NCBI GenBank assembly: GCA_001662655.1
Contig: KV460211.1
Length of the DNA stretch: 64,000 nt
Reading direction: 5' to 3' (one strand)
Source: Pseudogymnoascus verrucosus
Taxonomy: Eukaryota
This document shows positions 35,084-48,672 of this stretch, one piece after another. The translations under genes were made by a program, and so were the position numbers. The notes under the pieces are model-generated. The model was not told the DNA's origin, searched no databases, and saw only the letters and a list, made by a program, of their open reading frames with translations. Positions within the stretch are counted from its first letter, which is position 1. Each line of letters starts with the position of its first letter.

Positions 35084-36535
35084 ATGACAAAACTTTGGAG
35101 TGAGGATATTGAACATCCATGCATTACCCGCTACAGCCGCAATGGCATACCATATCAAGTGAGCCATGAGAGATATAACCAATCCAATGGTGAAAGAATG
35201 AGAAACGGGATTCGAGGCTATCCGATGTCGACCCACGAGACTCACCCGAATGATCAAGATCAAGAGGAGGGCCAGAAACCACAGCAGCGCCGGAGGATAC
35301 CTGTCGCTGTACGTATATCTGTTCCCCCCAAAGACTCATATCCTAATTTGGTTATTAGTGCGGGCGCTGTCGAAAACGCAAGATCAAATGCAGTGGTCCC
35401 CAAGGAGACGATGGCTGCCATAACTGTAAATTAGCTGGCACCAACGACCACTGCCAGTTCAATAGAGTAAGTTCGGGACTTGTTTTCTATTATCACTCGT
35501 GGCATCAGATAGTTAACTCCTGGTTAGGTTCAGTCAGAGGAGTTGCCATTCGTCAAGGACAGCTTCAATTACGACTCTTCCGCTGCCCTGCGCACTCTTC
35601 ATCGGAGCAGAGGCCTCCCATGCTACACAGCACCATACGGGACCCCTTCAATAGGGAACACTCTTGGCAGCCAGCAGTCATATAGACAGCTGCCCCTCAA
35701 TGATTATCAGTATCCAACCAAGGCCGCCTATTACACGCCTCCATACGGGATCGATTACGCCGATGATGGTGTCGATTACAACATCATGCCCCATACGTTC
35801 CAGCAGTTAAACCAGGACCAAATCGGACTTCAATATGCGACAAACCCGCCAGCCAGGCCGTGGACACCGGCTCCCGGATTGAAAGCAGCTGGAAACGCTG
35901 CGTGCTACGATCCGGACCCATCTTGTGCCTATACTTCGGCGCCTCCTCTGCTGTACAACCACGCTGCGAGTTATGCATCCCGCTCTAGCATCAGCACGGA
36001 ATCAAGCAACTTCTCCTTCCACAGTATGGCGAGCTCACTTCCAGCGGCATCTGCTCTGACAAGCAATGAACGAGTGCTTCCCATGCCTGCACGCCCTTTG
36101 GCCCGTACATCCGATGGGGTTGTATACTATAGCGGCTTGGCCCCAAATTCCGGTTCTGGGATCAAGACGGACAGCGAAGCTCCTCTATCAGTATCTTCGG
36201 ACGGCACGTCTCATTCATACTCTTCCACCGACAACACTGGCGAGCAAGATTTATATGTCAGCACCTCCAATGGCTGGACACACACTCCAGCCCATCAGCC
36301 ATCATTGCGCGCCCAAACCTCACAAGCCGAACTTTTCAGTTACGGCGCCAGCAGCGACAACTTGCCCGTCCGCAAGCTGCAAATGGACACAGGAGGAACG
36401 CTATGTGATGGAAACGTATACGTGCCGTTCACAAGCTCAAGCTCAGGCCGTGCGGGTCAGGCACTGAGCGACGACCAGGACCGTCTCCACGAGACCTCCC
36501 TCCACCGAGAAGCCATCAGCAATGTGGTTGCATGA
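35084..36535 (+). CDS. Zn(II)2Cys6 transcription factor with low-complexity C-terminus; exons (start uncertain)-35308, 35359-35466, 35528-36535
   Basis: Spliced RRRIPVA|CGRCRKRKIKCSGPQGDDGCHNCKLAGTNDHCQFNR|VQSEELP. Introns GTACGT..TAG and GTAAGT..TAG. Confidence 0.8.
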
Positions 36536-38066
36536 GAAGCCTGTCATTGTGGCGCTGCAATTTCCGGCAAGGCTTCTTCTTGTCTTCTAATAGCGCGCGC
36601 TTTCAATTCATCGTCCTGTTCCTTAGCAGTTTCCCGAAATATTTTATTGGGTTGTCATTTATCAGTTGTAAAGTGTGCATGCGTTTGTTTGCTTCCCGAA
36701 ACACAGCGGAACAAGCAAACAGGTTTGGTTTTTTTTTGACTTCTTTTCACGGATAGACAAAAAAATCACTGGGCTAATTCATCACACACCCACAATAGGC
36801 CCTTTGGACATTGCTTGGGGTTGCGGGGGCGGGATTGGGGGAGTTTGTTCTTTTTTATTGTCTCGGTTTTTGGCGTTTTTTGTCACCTTTAGGCCGTGTT
36901 TGCGTCAGCCTCCATCGACCGAAACAGCACCGATGGCGCAAATCGACCACACGTCATTATACGACGGGCAGGCCCCTGATGTGCTGCAACGTTAATGGGG
37001 CAGTAGACCCCATGTTTAATTGAGACGGTGGTGTATCGCGTGGACTTTCTTCTTTTGGGAAACTGGGAAACGGGAACGGGATGGAGATGGAGTCGGGATA
37101 ATGAGTACTAGGCCCGGGGGCCATAGTTGTCGGACTCGGTAGTCTTTGGACTGGCTTTGTAAATGACTATTAGCTTTATGCGCATACATATAACAAGAGC
37201 GAGGGAGAGTACAGATATGATCTTGTGAGTGACCTTGTTCACCATCAAGCAGCTTTTGGTTGGAAATGTAGATGATATAGATCACCGTTCACCCACCACT
37301 TCTTGCGTTGGACATGCTGGTCAACAATAAAGCCCTCCCAAAACCTGGCTTGCTCATCGTGCAAATGAGCCCGTCTGCAAGTAGGAGTAGCTTTCCGGGC
37401 AGGTCTCGAGGAACATTGAGGATCAGTCGCTGGGCTGGGCGGACTGCCTGGCCTTGGCTGAACAAGGCTGCGTAGTGTAGAAATATAGAATATGCGACAT
37501 CGAGAGGAGATAGAAGAAAATACACCCTTGCCTACCAGAGTGACTGCTCGTGAGGAGAGCAAGACAAATGTGCAACAGTTTTGTGGTGAGATATGGAGGA
37601 TCCTTAATGTGGAGTTCGTTATCCTGTGCCGCGGCTGAAAGGGTGTCTGGATGGGCAAAACATAGTACAGTCGGGTTTCCGGGTTTGTTTGTTTGGCAAT
37701 TACCCTGACGCTTGGTGTGGAAGGCATGACCTTGATGGCAGTCAAACGTATATTCGCGAAATTGTCCATTTGTAAAATATTTTCTGTCAATAGAATACAC
37801 TTTTCCATCAGCAAAAGACATGAAGGGAAAATTACTGTCACACAAACACGCAGAGCCAGCGAATGGATTGTAAACCTCAATTGAAATGGTATTGGGCCAG
37901 CGGAGCGATCGAATTCATGCCATCATGTCCCGATTCGTTTCCTTAATTTCTGCTACCACAATATAAGGAGACCGATGCAATGCGAATACACGATGCCTGT
38001 CTTCCCGAACAACCCAACACCCACCGCAACCAAACCACCGTATGCTCCATACACAAGGCGAATAGC

Positions 38067-38705
38067 TTAGTCGTCGTTCTTCTTCTTCTTGGGTCCCTTG
38101 ACCTTGGCCGTTCCGCGGAGGGTCTTGAGCCTGTTCTTGCGTTGATGGCCTGTTCTAATGTTAGCACTCTGATTCCTCCATGATATGGTGTCTCGCGGAT
38201 CCGAGGGATTGTTTCGGTGGACGTACGTTGCGCTCTGGATGGCTTCTCGATCTTCTCTGCGACACCGACACGGACAAGTCTGAAGTGAGGCTCGAACTTC
38301 TTGAGGGCCTCTGGGGAATCGTAAACGAGGGCGAAGCCGGTGGTCTTGCCGCCACCGAACTGGGTCTGGAGACCGAAGACGTTGATCTGGTCCTTGGTGC
38401 ACTTGTACAGCTCAGCGAGCTTGCCACGGAGGTCGTCCTTGGACACGTTGGCGCGGTTTGGGTGCAGGACGTCACTGTCAGGATTGTGTTAGCCCTTGCG
38501 CTTCCCAATTCCAATATATATATATCCTGATCCATTTCCGCAGAGCAGTTGCTCAATATCTCTTCCCCGTTCTGCGGAGCGTGTTTTTTGCGATCGTGGG
38601 CTGGCGTGGTGGATGAACTTACATGACCATCTGCTTGCGGCCCAAAAGAGGGTTGCGGATGAACTTGCGCGTTCTCAGCGTAACGGGTTGCTCGCGGTCG
38701 GCCAT
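38067..38705 (-). CDS. RPS24: 40S ribosomal protein S24 (eS24), 2 introns
   Basis: [71 protein letters not shown]..|[19 protein letters not shown]. Confidence 0.97.
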
Positions 38706-39099
38706 GTTGACGATATGTGCTGTCTGCGAAGTCGAGACAGATGTCGAATTGGTCGTGAGGTCGCTGGCGGGAGAGGGAGAAGTTCGGAGGGCTAACGTAA
38801 CTTAGGGTATCAACAAATTTCAGGATTAGCTTTGGTGCGGTTTTGCAATTGGTCGGTTAAACGAGGCGCTTAAGCTGTGTGGAAGCCCTACCCTAAGCCA
38901 CTAAGGCTGAGCCTCATGTGGCTGAACGACCGACCCCGCCCAACCCAAAGCGGCAACGGCATGCGACACAGCGAAAGCACGTGAGCACTTCCTGAGATCT
39001 ACAGAAGAGCTTTCTTGACGTCGAGGATGATTTTTCCTGATTGAAGCAATTATATTACAGGCGCCTTGGAGAATGAAATGTGCTTCCGGGGAGATAGCC

Positions 39100-40312
39100 A
39101 TGATGCCGCTCATGTGGCGGGAGGAACTGGACCTCTTTAAACGCCAATATCTCCAACTCCAGATAAGTCTCAAATACCCGTCAAAAGAATGCTTGAAGCA
39201 TGAGGAGTTCCAACAAATGTTGTACTCTGAGGTCTTCTCAGAAGATGCAATGAAATGGTATCCGCCGCAACGGTATCAGCTGCGGGTTCTAAAGGAGCTC
39301 ATGAAGCGGATCGAAGTGAGCATTACCGATTGGGAAGAGGAAGTATGAGGATTCTCTCTTTTCAGTTCAAACATCTTATATCATATATATTTGCAGCATT
39401 GATTTATTTATTTACCCGTACTCGATGACTTCCACTCTCCAAACCAAATGTCTGACCTTTGTATCTCCATAGCAGAGTATTTCTGACGACCTAATGAACT
39501 CCTTCGCCTCCCTCCTCACCACCACCATCCCACCCGAAGCCGTCGCCGCACAGGAGAAGTCATACGTGACCTACACCCTTTCCAACCTCCTCCAAGAGTC
39601 ATCTTCATCCTCGGCCTCACCACCGTCATCCACACCACCCCCAACCGACCCCCCCACCATCACCATCCTCGAATCCCGCAACCTCCTCGGCGGCACCGGC
39701 ACCACCGGCTTCCGCACCTGGGAAGCCTCCCTGCAACTAAGTTCCTTCCTCAGCTCCCCCACCCTCCGCCCCTCGCTCTCCCTCCGCGGCAAATCCGTCC
39801 TCGAACTCGGCTCCGGGACAGGCTACCTCTCCATTTGCTGCGCCAAGTACCTAGGCGCCACGCACGTCACCGCCACCGACGGCTTCGACACCGTTATGAC
39901 GGACCTAGGAACCAATCTCTTCATCAACAACCTGCAAGACTCCCCCCTCGTCAGTACGAGAGAACTTAAATGGGGCCACGCGCTCCTAGGGAACGAGGAC
40001 GCCACGTTCCTCGAGCACCAGAGCCCGGATTTCATTATCGGCGCCGACGTGACGTACGACGCTGCTGCGCTGCCGGCGCTGGTGGCTACGTTTAGGGATT
40101 TGTTGGAGCTATTCCCCAAGGCGCAGGTGGTAATTGCGTCGACGGTGAGGAATGAGGAGACGTATGGGAAGTTTCTGGGGTTGTGTGGGAAGTATGGGTT
40201 TGGGCTTGAGCAGATGGGGTGGGAGGCGGTGGAACCGGAGAGGCAGAGGGGACCGTTTTATGAGACGGTTATGCCGGTGAGGATTTGTAGGATTACGGCG
40301 CGGGGAGGGTGA
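39100..40312 (+). CDS. EFM3: FAM86/Efm3-like protein-lysine N-methyltransferase (eEF2-KMT); intron 39343 to 39472 or 39475 (tandem TAG-CAG acceptor)
   Basis: LFKRQYLQL, PPQRYQLRVLKELM, EKSYVTY, GTTGFRTWEASL, VLELGSGTG (SAM motif I), IIGADVTYD. Head-to-head with RPS24. Confidence 0.8.
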
Positions 40313-40887
40313 GCTGGAGATGCGAGGAGGCTGGCGAAGGCTTTGCTGCGGTTTGGAGATGCGGTTGTCTGTGGTGTCCCTGCTTTATCTGAGCATGCAT
40401 CCTACAGGGTGGAAGGAATGACTACACACACTATCATAAGTTATCATCATAGCTTATAGAATCAATGAGCAGACAGTTGCTTTCAAATAGCCTACAAACA
40501 AGGTAGAGGAGCTATCATAATCAACCCAGCCTCCATAGCCTATTAACACACCGCCACCCTTCCATCCTAATAAACCCTCAAATCCTCGGCCCATGCTAAA
40601 ACAACCCAGCAAACCACATTTCATTATACCTCCTCACAACTCCCCTCTACTTTTCCAGACGCCCTAATCAGCCAAACGGAGGTCCCTTTTCCCACTTTGA
40701 TATACAGCCGTCATAAATGACTCAAATCGCTCACGTATAACCCTCCCAAGTCTCCCAAACCCACGCGCGCTAGCAAAATGCCCAAATCCTGGTATAAAAA
40801 TCCCGTACGTACGCCTGGAGAGCATACAAAAAAACCTCAATAACAAACTCCTCTCCCAATCAATCTGATTTGAACGCACATTTCGTC

Positions 40888-43800
40888 TCAATCATCATCC
40901 ACCTCGATTACTTCCACCGCCCGGCTTCCTTGTCTGGATTGCGCTGCTGGGGAGCTATGCTCACTCTCATCACGCGGCACACTCCCCCCCTGGGGCCCCC
41001 TCGACTTCCTCCTCCCCGCCGGCAACGCCTCCGGTTTCACAGTCCACGCCCCATCCTCCGTAACCAAGATCGCCTTAGCATCCAGCCCCCCCTCCCTCTC
41101 CAACCTCTCCCTAACCGAGACCAGAAACTCGTCGACGCGGAGTGCGCGCGGACTTGCATCCCCGCCGCACAGCGGGCACTTCCACACATCAGGCAGGCAG
41201 GCGACTTCGTGGGGCTTGGTGCTGCGCGAGATGAGGAAGGTTTCGAGATCGAAGCACTCCCTGTGGCGACAGCGGACGCCGCGGACGGGGGTGGTGAAGA
41301 TGCGTGAGGTGAAGGGGTCCGCGAGGTCGATGGTTAGGTTTGCGGAGACGAGGGCGACGTCGTCGTCTTCGTCGATGTTGGCGTTGGAGAGTTTGGCGCG
41401 GATGTCTTCGATCATTTCTTGGGCGGTTATGCGCTGTTCTTGGAGACACATGTCGATGATTTGCTGGTGGCGGAAGACTTCGATTACTTCGATGGCGATG
41501 GAGTAGAATATATCGTTTCCCGTCTTCGGCGGCCTGGGTACGCAAACCCTTAGTGTGTTTTTCTTCGCCGGACCACGCTCGAGAACGTGCGGTGTGATGT
41601 CCACGGGGCGGTCTTTGCCATAGTGGCTCTTACGCCGGATTTCAATGACAGAGTCGTTCATCTCCATGAATATAGTAGGCGGCCAACTCGTATCCGCGAC
41701 AACAAAATCCGAAGGCTCCATGGGAGCATCTTTATTCATCCTGCTGCAGCGGACTCGGTACTGGAGACTACCCTGCCGCACTTCTCGAAGCATAGGCGCC
41801 GACAGGTCGGAACTTTTGTCCTCGGCTATGTTGGGGTATACGCGTTTAGGAACGGCGAATGATAGCTCGGTGAGCAAGGGAGAATCCAGGAGTGTAGTTG
41901 GCTTGACAGCAAAGCATTGGACGGCTTGGTAATACCTCGGAGCTGTCTCGTTTGCTACCAGCCCTTCATCAGCATCGATGGGTTTTAGGACTGGACTGCG
42001 GAGATGGGCTTGATGAAGGGCGCTGCGATCAGGTTGTGGGAACTGATACGGCGGAGTGTAGCCTACGGGCGGTATAAGCGGCACCCTACCGGTCTTCTGC
42101 TGTGGTTGCGGCTGTGCTTGCGGCGAACTGTATCCAGCAGGCATAGAAGCAATAGTAGGAACGGTCATACTGTACGTGGACGACGAGACACGGCGAGGCT
42201 GGTTCGTCAGCACAGGTGAAGGAGCCGCACTACCCGCTGCCCCAGGAAATTGTACTAATGAAGCATTCCGAGACGCATTCCTCGAGGCAGTCCGCACAAT
42301 ATCATTCACCTGAGCTTGTCTATGCTGCATGTTCTGCGGTTGACTCGGCTGATACGGCTGCTGGATATTCTGCGCTTGACTAGGCAGAATTTGCTGGCTT
42401 GGTAACATAGGGCATGCCTGAGCTGCCTGGGATGGCCAGGGGTATTGGTGAGGAGACGGCACTGTGGTAGACCGCGGCGAGGCAGTTAGTACCTCCGATA
42501 GCATGATAGTAGTTCGAATAGGAGAAGGATGCCCGGCTTGCGTCGCGGGTGGGATGTTGCTTGGAGACTGTACGCGTCCCAACATATTTGGTCGTTGCAA
42601 GGGACGTGTCGCATTCGGACTCATGTGCGAAGGTTCCCCTTGACGAATCTGTTCTATCCGTTGGAGCTGCGCAGCTCGAACAGTTTTATACTGATTGGAT
42701 TGCCATTGGTTGCGTTCGTTGATCTCCCTTTCCGTTGGCGGATATGCGGTGTTGACCCTCGCTGCCATCTGACGATGGAGTTCTTGGTCGTGGCTGAATA
42801 GCTTCTCCATCTGGGCACTGTATTCATCGTCGGGGATCCCCATATTCCGTCGAGTGGCGGTGAAAATAATATGCTGAAGGATTGGAGAAAGAAGCCCAAA
42901 TCGGTCCACGAGCTCGTCCACCAGAGGTGGGTATCCTCTATTAATGCATTCGGGAATATATTTTGGCCATTCCAGCGATAGCCTGGCTAGGAATGTCGCC
43001 ACATTGTTCACTGTTAGCTTGTATTGGTCCGATCTGTGTATAAGCTCCGGCAGCTGATTTGGAAAAACCGAGAAGAACTTCGTGTGGACCGGCGAGATGG
43101 CGGAATTAGGCATCATAAGTTGACCGATAATTCCAAACGCCACCTCGAGAACAGTTCCCCCTTGCGGCATTATAAGCGTAGCCACCAACTCAGGATCAAG
43201 AGTGTAAAGGCAGAAGATCTGATGGAGCGCAAAATAAAAGTAGTCATCGCTCTCACACGCCTTCTGAAGCATCTGAAACCTCTGCCGCTCGATATTCCTC
43301 GAGAGATTCTGCATCCCTCCATGCGCATTGACGTGATGCTCGAGAAGTGGCAGCATGTTTTTCAGGCTCGGGTGGTTCGCGGATCTGGTTGAGCAGTTCA
43401 GTTAGTGATTTAATCTACAAACAAATAGAACAGGATACTCCATACGTCATCTTGCGCCTCTTCGCCGGAGGAGGAGCGGGCGCCTGCGGCGTATAGCCAC
43501 TCGACACCGGTTGCCTGGTCCAGGCATTCTGCAGTGTTTGTGACTCGTTGTTTGTATTCCTTTGTTGGACCATCTGCGGCTGCTGAGTCGAGGGGCTCCG
43601 CACGGCCTGCGGTTCGTTGCCTGTATTCCTTTGTTGGACCATCTGCGGCTGCTGAGTCGACGGGCTCCGCACAACCTGCGGTTCGTTGACTGTATTACTT
43701 TGTTGCATCAACGGAGGCGACTGCTGCACCTGCCCCTGCTGCACCAACATCGACGGCATCTTCATTTCCAGCCTCCGCATATCCTGCCCCGCCCCATCTA

Positions 43801-44461
43801 TATCCCCCCCCCGCTGAATCATAATCGGCGACTCCAACGTCCCCGGCCTACGCACAGCCTGTCCCTCAGCATTCCCACCAGTCCCCAGTTGACTCATCGC
43901 AATCGACAGCCGTGTCGTCGGCCTCCTCACTTCCTGCGTATCAGCCTCCTGCATCGTCACCGGTAGCCGTTGTTGCTCAGCCATCCCAACCGTATCCTCT
44001 TGCATGACGCGACTCGAGTCCGTTTCCCTGGTAGGGCTAGGTTCATCGCTAGGCGCTGGCGAGGGAAGTACAGTACTCGCCGTCTTCGGTCTTTGAAGAT
44101 AGAAGTCAGTTCAGTTCAGTTCCTCCTCATCTACAATTCACCCCTCGGCAGCATCCGCAACGAGGGTGCCAGAAACAAAATAGTGGGCTGCTGAGTTTCC
44201 GCCGAAGTTAAGGGTCGCGCGAACTCACCTCTTATCGCCACCCGCCGTCGTCGTCGCAGCCAGGACCGACGTTCGCTTCTTGGGCCGTGAAATCGTCGTA
44301 CTCGTACTCGAAGGCGCTCCAGCTTCTGCTGTGCTGTTCATCCAAGACCTAACCTGACCACCGCCGAGGAAGAGGTTCACAGTCCAGTTGGTGGATGCGA
44401 TCTGCTGCACGGTTCCCGGGCCGGCGTGGGCGCTCTTATCTTTATCTGATCGTTTCCGCAT
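40888..44461 (-). CDS. MIZ/SP-RING zinc-finger protein (Zmiz/PIAS-like); 3 exons starting MRKRSDKDK at 44461
   Basis: IDLADPFTSRIFTTPVRGVRCRHRECFDLETFL..WKCPLCGGDASPRALRVDEFL SP-RING; ACESDDYFYFALHQIFC; terminal SIM-like VEVIEVDDD. Introns at ~44228-44038 and ~43445-43385. Confidence 0.85.
43553..43705 (-). repeat. Coding 69-bp tandem repeat (~2.2 copies; NEPQ.VRSPSTQQPQMVQQRNT)
   Basis: TGTATT.CTTTGTTG recurs at 43553, 43622 and 43691. Confidence 0.9.
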
Positions 44462-45499
44462 TTTTCTGTGGAGCCTGGTGGGTGTAGTGTCTGGGCTGGG
44501 CGGTGTAAGGGTCGTTTCATCAGATAGGTGAGTCTCACTAGAAATCGTGAAATCGAGAAAGAGAGAGTATATAACGAATACTATATTATATTCTAAACTC
44601 TCTCGCCGCCCCAAGGAGGCCCAGGGCAACAAACAAGGAACCAACAATAAAAGTCCCCCCCCCCGCCGAGTTTGTAGTGGTGGTGTCGTCAAGAACAAAG
44701 GGAAACTGTTGGATCTCTTTTCGTTTGTTCTCCCCCAATTCCCAAAGCAGGCGCAGGCGGTTCTAGGCTGGCGTTGGCGTGGCCCGATTCGAACATCCAA
44801 CATAAATACATTCGCGGTCCCACACACTCCAACGCGCGACGTGTGTTGTGGCTTTGATAATTGGACGGGAGCGGCGCTTAGGGGGCAAGGGGGGGTGTAA
44901 ATCAACAGATGGGGATGATGGGGATAGTGGGGGATGGACGAATAATGGGAGTGGTTAGGAAGTAGTCACGCATGATCGTAACTGCCTTGTATGATTATTT
45001 TGTTTTTTAACTCGCATTCTTGTTACCGCCGCCGATCTACTATATAACTATATACCACCCACCCCCCCCCCAATTCCACCAGAAATCATCTTCTTTTCCA
45101 TGGCGTCTCAGGGTTCATTTCATAAAACTACTTCATCTGTATCTTATCCCATCATCCCCATTCCATCCCCATCGCAATCCCAAACCCCAAAGCTCCCGCC
45201 CCGTCCCCTTCCCTCAATCTATTGGTATCAGCTGGCTCCCAAAACCCCAAACATCTTGTCCGAAAAATATACCCCCCCCCGCCATCCTCCCCAGTTTTCC
45301 CAAATGTATCTAAATTAGAATAATTGAACCCTTTATGCAAAAATATCAGAGAAAATTGCATCACCCCAGATCTCGGCATCCATATCAAAGCCCCCACATA
45401 CAACCCCCCCTCCGCAGTCTGGTGGTGCATCCATATGATCCATATCCATATGATCCATATGGCGCCACACACAAACCACCTCCCCACAGACACCTCAAC

Positions 45500-48400
45500 C
45501 TAGGCAGTCAAAGGCATCTTCCCCTCCTCCCCAACCGGACTATCCTCCCCCCCAACCGCCACCCCCACCCCTCCATCCTCCTCATCACCCCCCTCCTCCC
45601 CCTCCTCAAGCCCCACCCCCCTAATATTCAACCCCCCCTCCCCCTCCCCCGCGCCCCTCTCCTCCCCCTCCTCCAACCCCATCAACGCCGGCGGCCTATG
45701 TCTCATCGCCCTCGCCTTGGCAAGACTAATCGTCTTCTGCTGATACGTCGTCGTAATCGGGGTTGTATCATCCCTATCGATCGTCGCCTTCATCAGGGCC
45801 GCCATCCAGAGGCGTCCCTGCGCGATATTAGGGACGGCGAAGTAGTGAACTGTTGGCTTGGTGAAGGTTACGGCGCGAGAGAGGCCAGTGCGGGGGGGCA
45901 TGAGTTTGAAGATGAACATTGAGTCCGCCTCTGTTTTCAATCCCTTCCCTGCTTCGGCTGCGGCGTCCGTTTCGGCGGTAGTGGGTGTTTGTGCGCCCTG
46001 TGGACTATTCGGGCCGGATATCGCACCAGTGATAGTAGCGTGCAGTCCCGTCAATCTATCGTTATCAGCGGGTAAGACGCGATGGAAAGAGATATCGATG
46101 AGTCCCTTCTCCTCTGTGTCGTTCTCGGAGTAGTAGTACGATAGCCTGCGACCCTTGAGGATGAAGAGACGGGGTTTCCAAGTCGTCATGATGTTTGTGC
46201 TCTTCTTCTTCATCCAGCCGCTGTAGTCGCAGTTCTCCATCGCTTCTTTGGGGGAGATGTTCTGGAGGCCGCGCGTGTAGGCGCTTGTTTCTTTCTTCCC
46301 CTTCTTGCGGTTTGAGCGCGCGGCGGCGGAGAGGATGGTGCTCTTTGATGTGTTGGAGGAGTCTAGGTCGAAACTTGGTCCGCCGGAGGGTGTGCTTGAC
46401 CCGGTTCGTGATGGGGAGCGGTTTGAATCCGTCGGCGAGACAAGCTGCTGATCAACACCATTTCTCGCTCTCTCCTTCCCAGTTACCGCATCGGAAATGG
46501 CTCTGAAACCACTTCCACGCCCCGCTGCTGCATTGAACCAATCCGCCGCCCTACCACCAGATGCAGTCTTCGAGGTACCAGCTAGTGGAATACCATCCAG
46601 CTTCGTGACCATAGGCGACGGCGTATCCTTCGGCGGCGGCGCAGGACGAATCGACCCCACAGACGGCGTCCTCCTCGCCCCAGCAACACCATAATACTTC
46701 TGCCCCGCCGGCGACAAATGCGGCTGCTGCAACGAATCGATACTCCCAAACCTCGAATGCCTATTAACAGTAGTAGCGCTCCTCAGCCTCTGCTCATCCG
46801 TATAGCTCGACTGTCGCGAGTGCGACCCCGTCCGCTTGCGCAGCACGTTCTTCGTCCGGCCCTCGGCTTCCGTGCCGGAGAAGTAGCCCCGGTCGAACTC
46901 GTAGGGGGTCGTGCTGGTGATGGCGGGGAAGGCCTCGTCGCTGGCTGCTGGGTGCACGCCGGCTTGGGAGGCGGGACGCATGCCGGCGGAGGGGGGTTGG
47001 TCGCCCATGGTCCAGTTGCGGTCGAAGGAGGGGAGCTTTTTGTGGCCTGATGATGCCATGGTTGGTGTTGTCACTTGCGGGCCGTCTGGGGACTTTGCTG
47101 CTTGGTTGAGCAGCGTGGGGGAATCGATTGATGAGTGTCGGCGGGAGTGATTAAATTCTCGGATAGACGCCGCAGACGGACGACTCTGCCCAAGCGCCGG
47201 TCTTTGTTGGTCCTCGGGATAAATTGAAGTCTGGCCCATCGAACTCAGGCGTCCAGTTTGTCTTTGCGAGGAGTACCGCGTGGTTCCGCTGTAGTACTGA
47301 CTCCTAGTCCCTCCACCATCCGAACCCATCTCACTCCCATAGATAGACGGCACACGTCTCGACCCTGAAGGCGTCATAACCCCATGAACCTCATCCTGCA
47401 GCGCCTTAATCTTCTGCCACGTCTTCAACCGTCTCCCCACCGGCCCCAACTCAAACTCCTTCAAGAAAATCGTACTCTGATCCATCCCCAGCAGCACATC
47501 TCCCGAGATCTCCTGATCACGAAACACATCGCAATGCGCCTGCTCCACCCCCGCAGCCGCAAGATGCTCAGCAACCTGCGCAGCAGTCCACTTGCTAACC
47601 TCCGCACGATTAAACTCCCTCGCCTCCTCCTCATCCGTCTCCGACCCATTAATATACGACGCCCTCCTGTCAATATGACTACTATACTCGCTCCCCGAGT
47701 CATTCGTTCCCCTCCTCTCTGCAATCCCCCCACCGCTGTTCCGAGGCGTGCTCATATTCGAAATGTGCTCCTGGATCACACTCAGCGTCTCGCTCATGAC
47801 TGGGCTGCTATCCTGGCCCAGCCCCGGCAAAACCGCAGACGAGATAACGCTCTTCGGTACTGCTGAAATCGGCTCGACGACTGTTGGTAACGTCTCCTCG
47901 GTGGCGTATGTCTGGCTAGCAGACTGCGGCGTGTTCAACGGTGATGGTGATGGCGGTCCGGCATCCAAGACCTGCGATGCACTAATATGTCTCTCCAACT
48001 GCGTCGTCTTCGTCGCCTCCTCCACCGGCACCGAATTCCTCGTATCGAGCACCACCGGCGCCGGTGCCGCCGCAGCAAGAGGTGCAGGTGCCGGCGTCTC
48101 AGCAGTAGGCGTCGTCTGTTCCGGTGCCAGCACGGGTGTAGGGGTCACCGCCGCAGCCACCGGCGGCATCTGCGTAACAACCGGCGGACCCTGTGGCGCT
48201 ATCTTGGTATAAACTACAATAAAATCCCCTGTTAGTCGCCGTCGCAGAGTCGAGATTAAGAAGGGGTTTTCTCACCCTCAGGGAAGAGCCCGGTCGCGCC
48301 GTTCGTGAGATGTTTCCCGAGATACCATCCATCCCCAAAATCATCATCTCGCTCGACCAATTCGACGCGGTCGCCGCGCGTGAGTGTCAATTCATCGGAG

Positions 48401-48672
48401 CCGCGCGCGATGAAGTCGTCTGTGTAAATAGTGGGTTAGCTAGGATAACAAATAACCCCCAGTCGCGAGGGGGACAACAAATGTGCGGATCGCCACACAG
48501 CCATCGTCGCATCTTGCCACCTCTGCGCACACCTTCCTCCCTCCCTGTCTGCGCGCTGAGAGTCGGGTGGCCATGTATGAATCACCACGGACGGAGTTCA
48601 CTTACGAATAACCAAAAGAATCATCCCCTTCTCCGGCCGCGGCTTAGTCTTGTCTGGCAAAGGTGACGCCAT
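45500..48672 (-). CDS. Boi1/Boi2-like polarity scaffold (SH3-SAM-PH), 2 introns
   Basis: Spliced SH3 ILLVI|HDFIARGSDELTLTRGDRVELVERDDDFGDGWYLG..GLFPE|VYT; SAM WTAAQVAEHL..QEISGDVLL..GPVGRRL; PH YSGWMKKK..WKPRLFILKGRRLSYY..GRLWMAALMKATI. Confidence 0.92.

Noticed and set aside
37245..37880. 211-aa minus-strand ORF downstream of RPS24
   Set aside because: Non-ATG start, no motifs and no codon bias; likely spurious.
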